A stretch of 63,897 bases of DNA from an uncultured Erysipelotrichaceae bacterium (GTDB lineage Bacteria > Bacillota_I > Bacilli_A > RFN20 > CAG-826). Under the pieces are notes generated by a model that was not told where the DNA came from, did no database searches, and worked only from the letters and a program-made list of their open reading frames with translations. Each line of letters begins with the position of its first letter. The first letter of the stretch is position 1. The translations under genes and the position numbers were made by a program. Positions 53,182 to 61,383 of this stretch are shown here, piece after piece. Location of the stretch: the NCBI GenBank assembly GCA_902800355.1, contig CADCEE010000009.1, forward strand, positions 1 to 63,897, given 5' to 3'.

Positions 53182-53212
53182 TATTTTACTCAAATTTAAA
53201 TTGAGTAAAATA
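53182..53212. promoter_or_regulatory. Perfect 12-bp inverted repeat upstream of the rhuM-fic gene (candidate operator)
   Basis: TATTTTACTCAA-N7-TTGAGTAAAATA. Confidence 0.45.
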
Positions 53213-53256
53213 TCGCGCTATTATATTATAAGGATAAAGAAAGGAGGTAAAAAGTA

Positions 53257-54204
53257 ATGGAAAGATTTCAATTAGTCAAATTCGAAGACAATGATTTTGT
53301 TCTTGATGTTAGAGCAGATTATGAAAACGAAACAATGTGGTTATCTGATAATCAAATTGCCGAATTGTTTAGCCGAGATAGAAGCGTTATTTTAAAGCAC
53401 ATAAATAACGTTTATAAAGAAGGCGAATTAGACAAAAACTCAACCTGTGCAAAAAATGCACAAGTTCAAATCGAGGGTGATCGAGCTGTTAAAAGAGCAT
53501 CACACCTTTATAATCTTGACGTCATTATTTCTGTAGGATATCGCGTCAAATCTAAACGTGGAATTATCTTTAGAAGATGGGCTAACAAAGTACTTAAAGA
53601 TTATTTAATTCAAGGGTACGCAGTTAATCAAAAGCAATTAGATAATCTCAACAAAGTTATCGACATACAAAATCGTATGCTTGCATATTCGTTAGACATG
53701 GATAAAGAAACATTATCGAATGTCATAAATGAATACACAAAAGCATTAGATTTATTAGATAGCTATGACCATCAAACTTTAGAAAAACCAAAAGGTCAAT
53801 CTAGTGATTATGTGCTCACTTATCAAGAAGCTCGATATATCATTGACTTAATGAAATTTGGCGAAAGATCAAGTGTCTTCGGTGTTGAAAAAGAAAAAGG
53901 AAAACTTGAAGGTATATTAGGCCAAGTATATCAGAATGTTTTTGGAAAAGAATTATATCCAACCATTCAAGAAAAAGCCGCTCACTTACTATATTTTTTA
54001 GTAAAAGATCATCCTTTTGCAGATGGATGTAAAAGAATAGCGGCAACTCTATTTATTAATTTCCTTTATCGAAATAATGCTTTATATAGAAATAACAAAC
54101 AAGTTATCTCTAACGAAGCATTAGTGGCGATCACTATTCTCACTGCAGAAAGTAATCCAAACGAAATGGAAACCATAGTGAAGTTAATTATGAACTTGCT
54201 GTGA
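53257..54204 (+). CDS. RhuM/Fic/Doc family protein
   Basis: ETMWLS..QIAELF, YNLDVIISVGYRVKS..G..FRRWA (RhuM); Fic motif HPFADGCKRIA. Confidence 0.92.
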   Translation: MERFQLVKFEDNDFVLDVRADYENETMWLSDNQIAELFSRDRSVILKHINNVYKEGELDKNSTCAKNAQVQIEGDRAVKRASHLYNLDVIISVGYRVKSKRGIIFRRWANKVLKDYLIQGYAVNQKQLDNLNKVIDIQNRMLAYSLDMDKETLSNVINEYTKALDLLDSYDHQTLEKPKGQSSDYVLTYQEARYIIDLMKFGERSSVFGVEKEKGKLEGILGQVYQNVFGKELYPTIQEKAAHLLYFLVKDHPFADGCKRIAATLFINFLYRNNALYRNNKQVISNEALVAITILTAESNPNEMETIVKLIMNLL

Positions 54205-54207
54205 ATG

Positions 54208-54243
54208 TGAAAAAAGCGCTTTATAATGAAGGCGCTTTTTTCA
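54208..54243. terminator. Bidirectional terminator between rhuM-fic and malQ
   Basis: TGAAAAAAGCGCTTT...AAGGCGCTTTTTTCA. Confidence 0.8.
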
Positions 54244-54256
54244 TGCTCAATAAGCA

Positions 54257-55687
54257 TTATTTAAACCATTTATAATCTGGGTATTTAATTCTTTTTGTCC
54301 AGTTATGATCTTTAAGTTTCCATTCCCAGTTAGGGGATCCTACTGTTCCAGGATAATTCATTCTCGCTTTATTATCTAGCTTCAATAAATCTTGAAGTGG
54401 GAAGATAGTCATTAAGGACGGAATAGTGAATATATATTTCACTATCTCATCATATAATTTCTTATCATTGCTGACCCCTAGTCTTTTCTTAATAAAAGCT
54501 TTTTGGTCATCATTAAGATTTAAGAACCAACCATATAAAGTTTCATTATCATGTGTTCCTGGATAGACAATTTGTCTATTAGTGCTTTCATTATTTGAAT
54601 CGAATATTGTGAATTCGCTAATAAACATACCAGGAAGATTAAAGCGGTCTCTAAGCTCTAAAACTTCAGGTCTAAGGTCACCTAAATCTTCAGCGATTAA
54701 TTCGGTATTAGGGTATTTCTTAAATAACTCATTAAAATATTCATCTTGAGGTCCAATTTTCCATTCACCGATTCTAGCGTCAGTGGCGTCTCCTGGAATG
54801 ACGTAATATGTATCAAAGGCTCTAAAATGATCAATTCTTAAAATGTCACATAAATTCATTAAATAACCAACGCGGTCCACTAATAACTTGTAGTTATCTT
54901 CTTTCATTTTTTTGAAATTATATATTGGAGTGCCCCAAAGTTGACCAACATCACTAAACGCGTCAGGTCCTACTCCACCTACTTCAAATAATTTGTTATC
55001 TTGACCTATAGAAAATTGGTCTCGATTAAGCCAGCATTCTACCCCGTCAAAACCAACGTAGAACGGCATATCACAAATTAGTTTAATTCCTTTTCTTTTC
55101 GCGTAACTTAATACGTGCTTCCACTGCTTTAAAGCCACGTATTGCATATATATCACAAAATTAATTTCATCTAACAATTTTACAGGTGGACAGGTGTGGG
55201 TAAGATAATAATCTCGATCTTCAGGCCTCCACTGGTTCCACTGCTTATTATCGTTATGCCATTTGAATACTTCAAATGTTGCATAAGGCATGACCCATTT
55301 ATTTCTCACTTTAAATTTATGAAGAGTTTCTGGTTGTTTCTTCATAAATTTCTTATAGGCTTTATATAAATATTTCTTTTTATATTCCCCAACATTAAAG
55401 AAATCAACACTACTAGATTTTTCTAAATAAGCAGGGACTCTTTTTATTAGCCCTTGTTTGGCTAATATATCTAAAGATATATATCTAAACTCTAACGCAT
55501 TAGAGCAAGTAGACATATAAGGGGAATATCCTGGTCCTAATGGATTAAGAGGAAGCACTTGCCAATACTTATATTTATTTTTAGCAAGCCAATCAATAAA
55601 CTTATAACATTCCTCACCAAAATCACCAATGCCGTGTCTAGATGGAAGCGAAGACACCGCAAGTAAAACACCTAATTTCTTTTCCAT
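54257..55687 (-). CDS. malQ: 4-alpha-glucanotransferase (amylomaltase, GH77)
   Basis: GIGDFG, WQVLPLNP, PDAFSDVGQLWG, RIDHFRAF, IAEDLG, YPGTHDN, RMNYPG. Confidence 0.97.
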   Translation of the reverse strand: MEKKLGVLLAVSSLPSRHGIGDFGEECYKFIDWLAKNKYKYWQVLPLNPLGPGYSPYMSTCSNALEFRYISLDILAKQGLIKRVPAYLEKSSSVDFFNVGEYKKKYLYKAYKKFMKKQPETLHKFKVRNKWVMPYATFEVFKWHNDNKQWNQWRPEDRDYYLTHTCPPVKLLDEINFVIYMQYVALKQWKHVLSYAKRKGIKLICDMPFYVGFDGVECWLNRDQFSIGQDNKLFEVGGVGPDAFSDVGQLWGTPIYNFKKMKEDNYKLLVDRVGYLMNLCDILRIDHFRAFDTYYVIPGDATDARIGEWKIGPQDEYFNELFKKYPNTELIAEDLGDLRPEVLELRDRFNLPGMFISEFTIFDSNNESTNRQIVYPGTHDNETLYGWFLNLNDDQKAFIKKRLGVSNDKKLYDEIVKYIFTIPSLMTIFPLQDLLKLDNKARMNYPGTVGSPNWEWKLKDHNWTKRIKYPDYKWFK

Positions 55688-55849
55688 AATATATTTATAT
55701 ATCCTTATTAATTAATTTAATATTAAATCTAATTAAAAATAATATCAATATGATTGGGACAAAAATTATTAATTACGATGTTTATTAATTAATAAAACAA
55801 AAGGCAGTCCATATAGAACTGCCAAGTTATAGTAATCACTTGCTATATA

Positions 55850-56074
55850 TTAATTACGAGTGATGATGAAACGGTTGTTGAAGTTACAGTAATATTCAAT
55901 ACGATGTTTATTGTCATCAATTGGATATTCATCTCTGACTTGTAAATTATAGAGATAATGTGCCTCGTAGTAATCAAACATATAGTTTACTGCTTCGGAT
56001 CTAGAGGCGAACATCGACCTCTTAAGTTTAACAGGTCTTCCTTGAACAATCGCTTCAAGGGTATAGTATTTCAT
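55850..56074 (-). CDS. Small hypothetical protein (74 aa)
   Basis: Own promoter (TTGACT-16-TACAAT), SD GAGAGG, and a downstream terminator near 55799-55823. Confidence 0.7.
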   Translation of the reverse strand: MKYYTLEAIVQGRPVKLKRSMFASRSEAVNYMFDYYEAHYLYNLQVRDEYPIDDNKHRIEYYCNFNNRFIITRN

Positions 56075-56283
56075 TTGTATTACCTCTCTTTCAGTAGTTT
56101 ATCGTCGTGCTTAGGACGAGAGGTATTACCAATGAAGAATACATATTGTAGTCTCTTTTTTAAAATAGTCAATAGGGTTACAAAAGAATTTTATCTATAT
56201 ATAGATAACATAAAATTATATTAAAAATATTTTTCAAATTAAAAGCGATCCAAATGGACCGCTTATTTAATTATATTAAATAA

Positions 56284-57510
56284 TTAGTTTTCTTTCTTCT
56301 TTCTAAAGAGGAAATATCCACCAACAGCTGCTAAACATGTAGCAGAAATTGAAATAATCACTATTATACTAACACTCGATTCAGTAATTGAACCAATTAT
56401 TCCAATTCTTCCAAATGAAGAAATAGATGGATATTTTTTTATTAATTGCGCTCTGATTTCTTGTAAAGAAACTTCGGCTGTATGAGAAGAACTTGTCTCA
56501 GGCGTATCATAAGTAACTAGACCAGATCCAGCCACAGAGGAAGCAATTCCACTGCCACCTGTAGATTCTAGACTGTCATATGTTGATACAAATGTACTAG
56601 CTTCAGATTGGCTTAAATGACAAATAGAGCTAGTAAAGTTCTTTCCGGCATAGGAATAAGAACCAAGTTTGCTTTTTAGAGAAATTAAGAGTTCTATAAC
56701 TGGTTTATAAGTATCACTTACTCCGTAAAAATAAATGCCACCATCGCTTAATATTAAATCTCCGGTTTCTTGTCCTCCGTTATTGTTGCTAAATTTAACA
56801 TAGGCTGCACTGCCGGATAATGTATATTGCATAATGTTTAATCCAGAAAACTCTGTCTCGCCTACAAAAGCCTTTAGCCTTAAGGATGAATCGCTCATAG
56901 TTTTTCCTGGATAAGACCCTGCAGAAGCAGTGCCTCCCCAGAAATATGCGGTAACAGATCTAGATGTATGCCATGAGTATCCATCTACAAAATAAAATGT
57001 AGAGTTTTGGGCGTTATCTCTAATTTCACCAATTCTATAAACTTCAGCTTTAAATAATTTTTTACTGCCAGAATCAGCAACCCAACCGATGCCTTTTATT
57101 TGAAATTCGTATCCTGGCTGAAATTTACTATCATCAATCCAAATATATCCACCATCATATTGATATTCCCATTGTGTTCCATTTTCCTTAAAAAAACATC
57201 CCATTTTGTCATATGTGCTACCAGAAGAAATGTCCTTAACGTAATTTCCAAGGCTTTGATTATATTTAGCATTGCTAGAACTTAGAACAACATTATTGCC
57301 TGATCCATTGCCACCAATTCTAATATCGGTAATTGTTCCCCATCCGCTAGTATTAAAATCTAAATAAACACGAATGGTCGAACTATAATCAGCAGCTTCA
57401 ACTGTGGCAGGTTTAGCAGCTTCTTTTGTTAATGCCACACCAGCAAATGCACCAACGCCTAAAAGCGCAGCAAATGCGGTAGTTAAAAATAATTTTCTTT
57501 TAACTCTCAT
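56284..57510 (-). CDS. Array protein A: membrane-anchored surface protein with starch-binding (CBM26-like) module
   Basis: Signal peptide ending VEA; FYFVDGYSW...AYFWGG...YPGKTM...VKFSNN; Cys stalk; TM + RKKKEN. Confidence 0.65.
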   Translation of the reverse strand: MRVKRKLFLTTAFAALLGVGAFAGVALTKEAAKPATVEAADYSSTIRVYLDFNTSGWGTITDIRIGGNGSGNNVVLSSSNAKYNQSLGNYVKDISSGSTYDKMGCFFKENGTQWEYQYDGGYIWIDDSKFQPGYEFQIKGIGWVADSGSKKLFKAEVYRIGEIRDNAQNSTFYFVDGYSWHTSRSVTAYFWGGTASAGSYPGKTMSDSSLRLKAFVGETEFSGLNIMQYTLSGSAAYVKFSNNNGGQETGDLILSDGGIYFYGVSDTYKPVIELLISLKSKLGSYSYAGKNFTSSICHLSQSEASTFVSTYDSLESTGGSGIASSVAGSGLVTYDTPETSSSHTAEVSLQEIRAQLIKKYPSISSFGRIGIIGSITESSVSIIVIISISATCLAAVGGYFLFRKKKEN

Positions 57511-57614
57511 AAATAAAACCTCCCGAAAGTTCTATAAATGTAGATTGAGATTACTTTACATTAACTTACAAATTATCACAACACTTTTTATTAAATAAAA
57601 ATAGAATTAAATTA

Positions 57615-57635
57615 CGGAATTTAAAAAAGGCGACA
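57615..57635 (-). terminator. Intrinsic terminator after array gene B
   Basis: AAGGCGAC-AAA-GTCGCCTT with a U-tract on the minus strand. Confidence 0.8.
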
Positions 57636-57701
57636 AAGTCGCCTTCTGTATCAAATTCTATCTAACATTATAACTTTCGGGAGTCGATAGAAATTGTTAC
57701 C

Positions 57702-59252
57702 TTAATCGTTTTTCTTCTTTTTAAATAAGAAGTATCCACCAATAGCCGCAATAGAAACTGAACTAATTGCGATGATGGCAATCATGCTTCCAGTAGAACC
57801 ATTAACGATAGAATTAATTAAAATTGCACCACTGCCTGATTTTGCAGGTTTTCTATTCATAAAGTCATGATATTGTCCCGCTGCTGTGCCATATCCATAT
57901 TTGCTCAAAATACGATCATATCTTGCTGCACATTGTTCAATTAATGTACCGCCTTGATTTGCGGATGCCGTTGCAAGAATACCTTTTGCCCCTTCGGTTA
58001 AATCATTGTACTTGTATTCCATTGAAGCGGTACCGCTGACTTGGTTCCAAACATTTATATTGAATGTAGTAGAATCTGAAGTACAAGTAATAGCTGCTAA
58101 GAATGCGGTGGCATATGTTGTAGCTTCGCTAGTAGAATCTTGTTGAATCCACAATTTATTAGTACCCTCAGTGGTCTTTAAATAAATTTCATATGTACCA
58201 GCAACTGCAACTTTAATTCTATATCCAGTTGAATCTGGATCAGTTCCTTGAATAATTGATCCATTAGTAACAACTTTGCTTGTTTGATCAACTTGACTCC
58301 ATCCGTACCAATCGCTTCCTTGGTAAACAATTTTGAATTCGGTGTTTGCCGCGAAAGCTTTTGTAATACGATATTGAGAGTTTTCTCCTGGCTCCATTAA
58401 GTAATTAGGATCTGAAGCATTCCAGTTATTCATTGTTCCAGCAACATACGCTTCGGTTTTCACTGTCTCTTTTGCATAAAGAGTTTTATTTGCCGTAAGA
58501 ATGTCATTAAATTGTGTTGATAAAGCGTTTGTTGTATACCAACCGCCAAATGTATATCCAAAAATGTCATAGTTTTCACTCATTTTGTAATACTTTGACA
58601 TAGTTATGGACTTACTGGCTAATTCAGTGGTTGTACCAGTTTTAATCGCCTTAGCAGTCACAGTAACATCTCCCCATGTGTTGGTTTGGGCAGTATTATC
58701 AAGATTGGCGTTCATCTTCCAACCACTATCGTTATAAATATAACTATTAACTTTTTTTCCAATTCCCCATCCGCTATGTAATCCAACTGCAGAGCCGTTA
58801 ACATCAAACCAGTTCCACCAACTATTGCCAACTGCTTTGTAAGAGAATGCAGTTACCCACTCTGGAAAAACCATTGTGAAGTTTTTAGACCCAGTTGGAC
58901 AAAGAAGATATTTTTCTTGCTCGGTATTTGACATATATGACCAGCCTTTAGTAGAAGGCATTGAGGAACCAGATGTTGTTGTATATGTACTACGTGCACC
59001 CAAGTAGCTTGTTAAAAATGACCTCCACGCTGCATGATCATAACCGCTTGCGAAAGAAATGGATTCGATAGCTAATACAGGAGTTGTTGTTACTTGGTCT
59101 TCAATGTAAACCCTAGTAACAGTTTTGGAAACTACAGCTTCAGCTTTAGTAGCGTTACCTTTTTGAGAAGCAACAGAAACACCGATACCAGCGGCAAGAG
59201 CAGTTGATAATAATAATCCACTTACAAGTTTTTTAAGTTTCATAATTTTCAC
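57702..59252 (-). CDS. Array protein B: surface protein with InlB-B/Listeria-Bacteroides repeat and SusE/F-like module
   Basis: Signal peptide ending AEA; GYTFGGWY...LYAK; YVAGTMNNW...FKIV...WYG...AGTYEIYL; Cys stalk with ARYD; TM + KKKKND. Start is GTG 59252 or ATG 59243. Confidence 0.65.
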   Translation of the reverse strand: MKIMKLKKLVSGLLLSTALAAGIGVSVASQKGNATKAEAVVSKTVTRVYIEDQVTTTPVLAIESISFASGYDHAAWRSFLTSYLGARSTYTTTSGSSMPSTKGWSYMSNTEQEKYLLCPTGSKNFTMVFPEWVTAFSYKAVGNSWWNWFDVNGSAVGLHSGWGIGKKVNSYIYNDSGWKMNANLDNTAQTNTWGDVTVTAKAIKTGTTTELASKSITMSKYYKMSENYDIFGYTFGGWYTTNALSTQFNDILTANKTLYAKETVKTEAYVAGTMNNWNASDPNYLMEPGENSQYRITKAFAANTEFKIVYQGSDWYGWSQVDQTSKVVTNGSIIQGTDPDSTGYRIKVAVAGTYEIYLKTTEGTNKLWIQQDSTSEATTYATAFLAAITCTSDSTTFNINVWNQVSGTASMEYKYNDLTEGAKGILATASANQGGTLIEQCAARYDRILSKYGYGTAAGQYHDFMNRKPAKSGSGAILINSIVNGSTGSMIAIIAISSVSIAAIGGYFLFKKKKND

Positions 59253-59376
59253 TTGTCACCAATAGCGGCCTAGCGACTACTCCTTTCTGAGAGTAAAAGT
59301 AACTTTGCTATCTCAAATTTTGAGGGCTTATCACTTTAGGAATAAATATTCCAAAAGTTTGATAAAAGTTGTATTT

Positions 59377-59405
59377 AATATACCCCCCCCCCGTTGCTTT
59401 GTCAA
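59377..59405 (-). promoter_or_regulatory. SigA promoter with a G10 homopolymer in the spacer
   Basis: TTGACA (59400-59405), AAGCAAC+G10 = 17 nt, TATATT (59377-59382). Confidence 0.8.
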
Positions 59406-59772
59406 CATGTAAATATCATTATACTCTGTATAATGCTATTGTTGAAAAAACGCTATTTTTAACCTCTTCACTTTTGTTTTTAAGTTTTTATTCAAAGGGA
59501 CAATTTTGCGATTTCTCTATTTGTTTTTTTCGACATCAAATCTCAGTATTTTTTTACTCATCAAAAAAGGAAATTTGATACTTCAATTTTCTATTTAATC
59601 TGCTTTTATAAACATTGATGGTTTTAAGGCTTTTAATATTGATAAATATTTGTAACGTGATTTTATTCATCTTTTATATGAAATCCTCTTAAAACGCCTA
59701 TTTGCGCGCATAAACACGCACGGATATAAAAAGCGGACCAATCGGCCCGCTTAGACTAGATTAACTAGTTAA

Positions 59773-61230
59773 TTAGTTATGTCTTTTCTTTTTGACTAAG
59801 ACTAAGGTAGCAAACGCTAATGCACTGATAGCAGCAACAGCAATAAATACAGTTGTTGATCCTTCGTCTTCTTCGTTTAATCCGTAAACAATATTAGCAT
59901 TAGCAGTTTTACCTTCTGTCCATGGATTTTCGCCTAACGCTCTTGCCCATGCAGTATATCTATCATAAGCATTTTTAAATTGTTCAGTCTTTGAAGTAGC
60001 ATATCCTTGGAAAACAGTTTTTTCTGTAGCTGATAAACCAAGATAAACAGCCTTCATTGCTGGAAATCTATTTTCATCACCACAGTGACCAGCATATTCG
60101 CCCATGCCCATTAATTTTGCGGCTAAATGTTCAGCATTTAATGAACCTTCTAATTCAATAGAAATCTTTTTACCTTCAGCATATGTGTTATCGGTAAAAT
60201 AGAAATTATATGTTCCACGTGCATAACAAGTAATATCGCTATCACCATCACCGCTGAAATAATGATATGCTCCACAAGATTCTAAAATCCATGAATAACC
60301 AAAATAACAAGTAATATCGCTATCACCATCACCGCTGAAATAATGATATGCTCCACAAGATTCTAAAATCCATGAATAACCAAAATAAGAATCTAAAGAA
60401 GACCCATCATAGTATGCAATTTTAAACACATCACCAAACTCTAATTGAACTTGTCCTTCGTATTGACTACCTGTATTAGGTAATTGAACGGCGCCTTCCA
60501 TTCCCCACTCGCAGGAACCGAAATCTCCAACGATATATCTACCAGTAGGATATGTTTTATTCCACTGAGCATATAAAGTGATTGTTTCATCAGCTTTAGA
60601 ACTACTGATGTGTTGTTTGTCCGAATAAGAATCGCCTGATCCATCGGCTTTAGTGTTCCATCCAGTAAAAGCATATCCGGTTCTAGTGAAAGCATTTTGA
60701 GTAAGTTCGTTACCAGCAGAAGCGTCACAGTAGCATGTCATATTTGCCATTGTGCCTTCTCCACCATTTTTATCAAATGCAACTGTAAAGAATGTTAATG
60801 TCCAAGATCCCATTGGATAATTTTCGGTATAATCGTCTTTTGTATTGTAATAACCTGTAACATTATTTCCTGGCCATGCATCTTTCCATTCACTAATAAC
60901 ACCCCAGTCTTGGTTTTCCGCTCTAAAATATTGGAATTTAAAGCCATTAACATCAGAAGGGAAAGTATATTTATAAACGCTTTGGCCCATGTTGTTTGTG
61001 TAAGCATAAGTCATTGGTTTATATTGATCTCCGGTTGCTTCTGACCAATAAAAGGCGTTTGGTGCCTTGTCGTAAGATTGAGATGGTCTAGTGTAATAAA
61101 TTGTTTCACCTGATGATAAAGCATCAGCAACGATAGGTTTAGATGATTCCTTTGCTAATGAAGCGCCGCCTAAAGCACCGACGCCTATAAGCGCTGCAAA
61201 TGCGGTAGATAAAATGAATCCTTTTCTCAT
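59773..61230 (-). CDS. Array protein C: surface protein with CBM26-like, InlB-B repeat and SusE/F-like modules
   Basis: IYYTRP...PNAFYW...MT...YKYTFP; VAFDKNGGEG...RTGYAFTGWNTKADGSG...LYAQW; YIVGDF...FKI...GTYNFYF; TM + KKKRHN. Confidence 0.7.
   Translation of the reverse strand: MRKGFILSTAFAALIGVGALGGASLAKESSKPIVADALSSGETIYYTRPSQSYDKAPNAFYWSEATGDQYKPMTYAYTNNMGQSVYKYTFPSDVNGFKFQYFRAENQDWGVISEWKDAWPGNNVTGYYNTKDDYTENYPMGSWTLTFFTVAFDKNGGEGTMANMTCYCDASAGNELTQNAFTRTGYAFTGWNTKADGSGDSYSDKQHISSSKADETITLYAQWNKTYPTGRYIVGDFGSCEWGMEGAVQLPNTGSQYEGQVQLEFGDVFKIAYYDGSSLDSYFGYSWILESCGAYHYFSGDGDSDITCYFGYSWILESCGAYHYFSGDGDSDITCYARGTYNFYFTDNTYAEGKKISIELEGSLNAEHLAAKLMGMGEYAGHCGDENRFPAMKAVYLGLSATEKTVFQGYATSKTEQFKNAYDRYTAWARALGENPWTEGKTANANIVYGLNEEDEGSTTVFIAVAAISALAFATLVLVKKKRHN
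60223..60388. repeat. Perfect 81-bp in-frame tandem duplication
   Basis: 60223-60303 equals 60304-60384, with ATAA microhomology at the ends; duplicates YFGYSWILESCGAYHYFSGDGDSDITC. Confidence 0.95.
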
Positions 61231-61383
61231 ATAAAATCTCCTTTTGGTTTTATAAATAAAAAACGATTGTGTAGATTTATTTTACTACTATATTAATAAA
61301 CCACAAAGAAAAAGTGTTCTGACAAAAAAGGCCAGGAAATAATCCTGACCTTCATAAACAATAATTTAATAGAACCAGTCTAA

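Noticed and set aside
53980-54045. Fic motif variant HPFADGCKR as a novelty
   Set aside because: To my knowledge such variants are common in RhuM-Fic proteins; there is no further evidence of new activity.
56086-56130. preQ1-I riboswitch or pistol/hammerhead ribozyme in the orphan-gene leader
   Set aside because: The hairpin followed by AUAAACUA is only superficially similar; conserved loop, core and pseudoknot pairings are missing.
60223-60388. Repeat as a CRISPR array or DGR template/variable pair
   Set aside because: Two adjacent identical in-frame copies, with no spacers, no adenine-specific mismatches, and no cas or reverse transcriptase gene.
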